Shown: positions 62,784-64,000 of the stretch, one piece after another
Position numbering within the stretch: the first letter of the stretch is position 1
How the letters are laid out: each line of letters begins with the position of its first letter
NCBI GenBank assembly: GCA_003213495.1
Contig: QCMW01000001.1
Coordinates: 1,117,363-1,181,362 of the forward strand
Reading direction: 5' to 3'
Length of the DNA stretch: 64,000 nt
Source: SAR86 cluster bacterium AG-422-O05
Lineage (GTDB): Bacteria; Pseudomonadota; Gammaproteobacteria; Magnimaribacterales; D2472
Program-made: the position numbers and the translations under genes
The notes under the pieces: model-generated
The model's input: only the letters and a program-made list of their open reading frames with translations
Database searches by the model: none
Told to the model about the DNA's origin: nothing

Positions 62784-64000
62784 TTAAAAACTAAACTTAA
62801 ACCCTAATGATACAGAACTTCCAAGGTTGTACTGATCATATACAACAGTATCAGCCATTGCAGCATAATATTCTTCATCAAGAAGATTCCTTAATTCAAG
62901 GGATAGTTTAAGATTAGAGTCTCTATAATCTATATTTCTTGAATAAACAAAATCAACTAAAAGTGGCGGCTCTTCGTATATATCTGGCAAAACATCAATA
63001 CCTCTTGCTCTTACTCTATCACTGACATAATTTACAATAAGGGTTCCCTGGGAACCGTTTTGTAAATCATCCCAGCCAATTTGAAAATTAGCTATTTCTT
63101 CAGATTGACCTTGAAGTCTAGTATCTCTTCCATTAGCAAATAATGTTGTTGCATCAACTATCGAACCGGATGAATTGATGTATGTGTCACCAGGATTAAC
63201 AATAACCTCAGATTCCGTAGCTGTGAAATTCATTTTTAAAATAAATTCTTTAGTTTTGGCCCAGTCAATATTTGGCATCAATTCCTCAAAAACTCTTTCA
63301 TACTCAATTTCAAAACCAGATACTTCTGCTTTTGGAACATTTTGATAAGAAGTAATAATCAAATCGCCAGATTCATTTACAACTTCCTCAATTGGATTCA
63401 TGATATCTTTAAAAAATATTCCAGCAGTCAAAAATTGATTAAATCCCCAATAGTATTCAAGTCTAAGATCAATATTATCAATTTCGGAGTTTTCAAGAAA
63501 TAAAGATCCTGCAATTACCCTATCCGTATCAACATCTATAAATAATGTAGGTGAAAGCTCTCTAAATGTAGGCCTTGCAATAGTTTGTGATATCCCAAGT
63601 CTGATTTGAAGATTTTCGTCAAAGTCAGGCAAATATGTCAAAGTAAATGATGGTAAATTGTAATCTTCATCAATAACTTTTTCGATGTTTGAATCTACTG
63701 GTTTAAATACATCATAGGTATTAACCATTTGCTCACCAGATTCATTTCTTATACCAGCTGCTAGTCTGAAATTGTCATTAATGTATGCATCCATATTTAC
63801 ATATGCTGAGGTTATTTCAAGATCCCCTAAATAACCAGCTGGTGACGACGCAGCTGTATTTTCAATCACAATTAACCTTGAAGGGTCAAAATTTTTATCT
63901 TCGAAAATATAATCAATTCTATTATCAAGTCCATCTAAAGGAATAGGACCACCCTCTGCTAAAAACCTAAAGCTTCTAACCTCAGCTTCACGATAACTAT
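62784..64000 (-). CDS. TonB-dependent receptor, C-terminal part (TBDR5; 5' end outside the window)
   Basis: SQTIARP.FREL, N.DLR.EYY, NLLD, C-terminal SLGFKFSF; frame open to the window edge. Confidence 0.9.
   Translation of the reverse strand, partial: SYREAEVRSFRFLAEGGPIPLDGLDNRIDYIFEDKNFDPSRLIVIENTAASSPAGYLGDLEITSAYVNMDAYINDNFRLAAGIRNESGEQMVNTYDVFKPVDSNIEKVIDEDYNLPSFTLTYLPDFDENLQIRLGISQTIARPTFRELSPTLFIDVDTDRVIAGSLFLENSEIDNIDLRLEYYWGFNQFLTAGIFFKDIMNPIEEVVNESGDLIITSYQNVPKAEVSGFEIEYERVFEELMPNIDWAKTKEFILKMNFTATESEVIVNPGDTYINSSGSIVDATTLFANGRDTRLQGQSEEIANFQIGWDDLQNGSQGTLIVNYVSDRVRARGIDVLPDIYEEPPLLVDFVYSRNIDYRDSNLKLSLELRNLLDEEYYAAMADTVVYDQYNLGSSVSLGFKFSF

Overview
This 64-kb window is very AT-rich (about 30% GC by eye) and densely packed, with many genes overlapping or abutting. 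It looks like a streamlined marine gammaproteobacterium, most consistent with the SAR86 clade; that call is inferred from gene content and style, not from a marker search. No rRNA, tRNA, CRISPR array, IS element or prophage is evident. Contents: (i) two paralogous modules of TonB-dependent receptor (TBDR) plus TPR-sulfotransferase, each with a divergent BCCT transporter; the first is headed by a well-formed SAM-II riboswitch and the second carries a carboxylesterase and a lone phage/MGME1-like PD-(D/E)XK nuclease; (ii) lipid hydrolases and FabH; (iii) a TBDR, 2OG-Fe(II) oxygenase, NupC cluster downstream of PhoD; (iv) the core ftsK-lolA-crcB-serS block and trxB-acuI; (v) a sigma54-driven porin-glnK-amtB operon whose 3' UTR looks like a C-rich sRNA complementary to a TBDR ribosome-binding site; (vi) a phosphorus cluster (TBDR-phytase, TetR, PiT, PPK2, Ppx) beside a type II secretion operon gspC-M and a partial fifth TBDR. 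Many genes appear leaderless (a -10 box 5-8 nt before ATG and no Shine-Dalgarno), and four small membrane-protein ORFs were missed by the ORF track.
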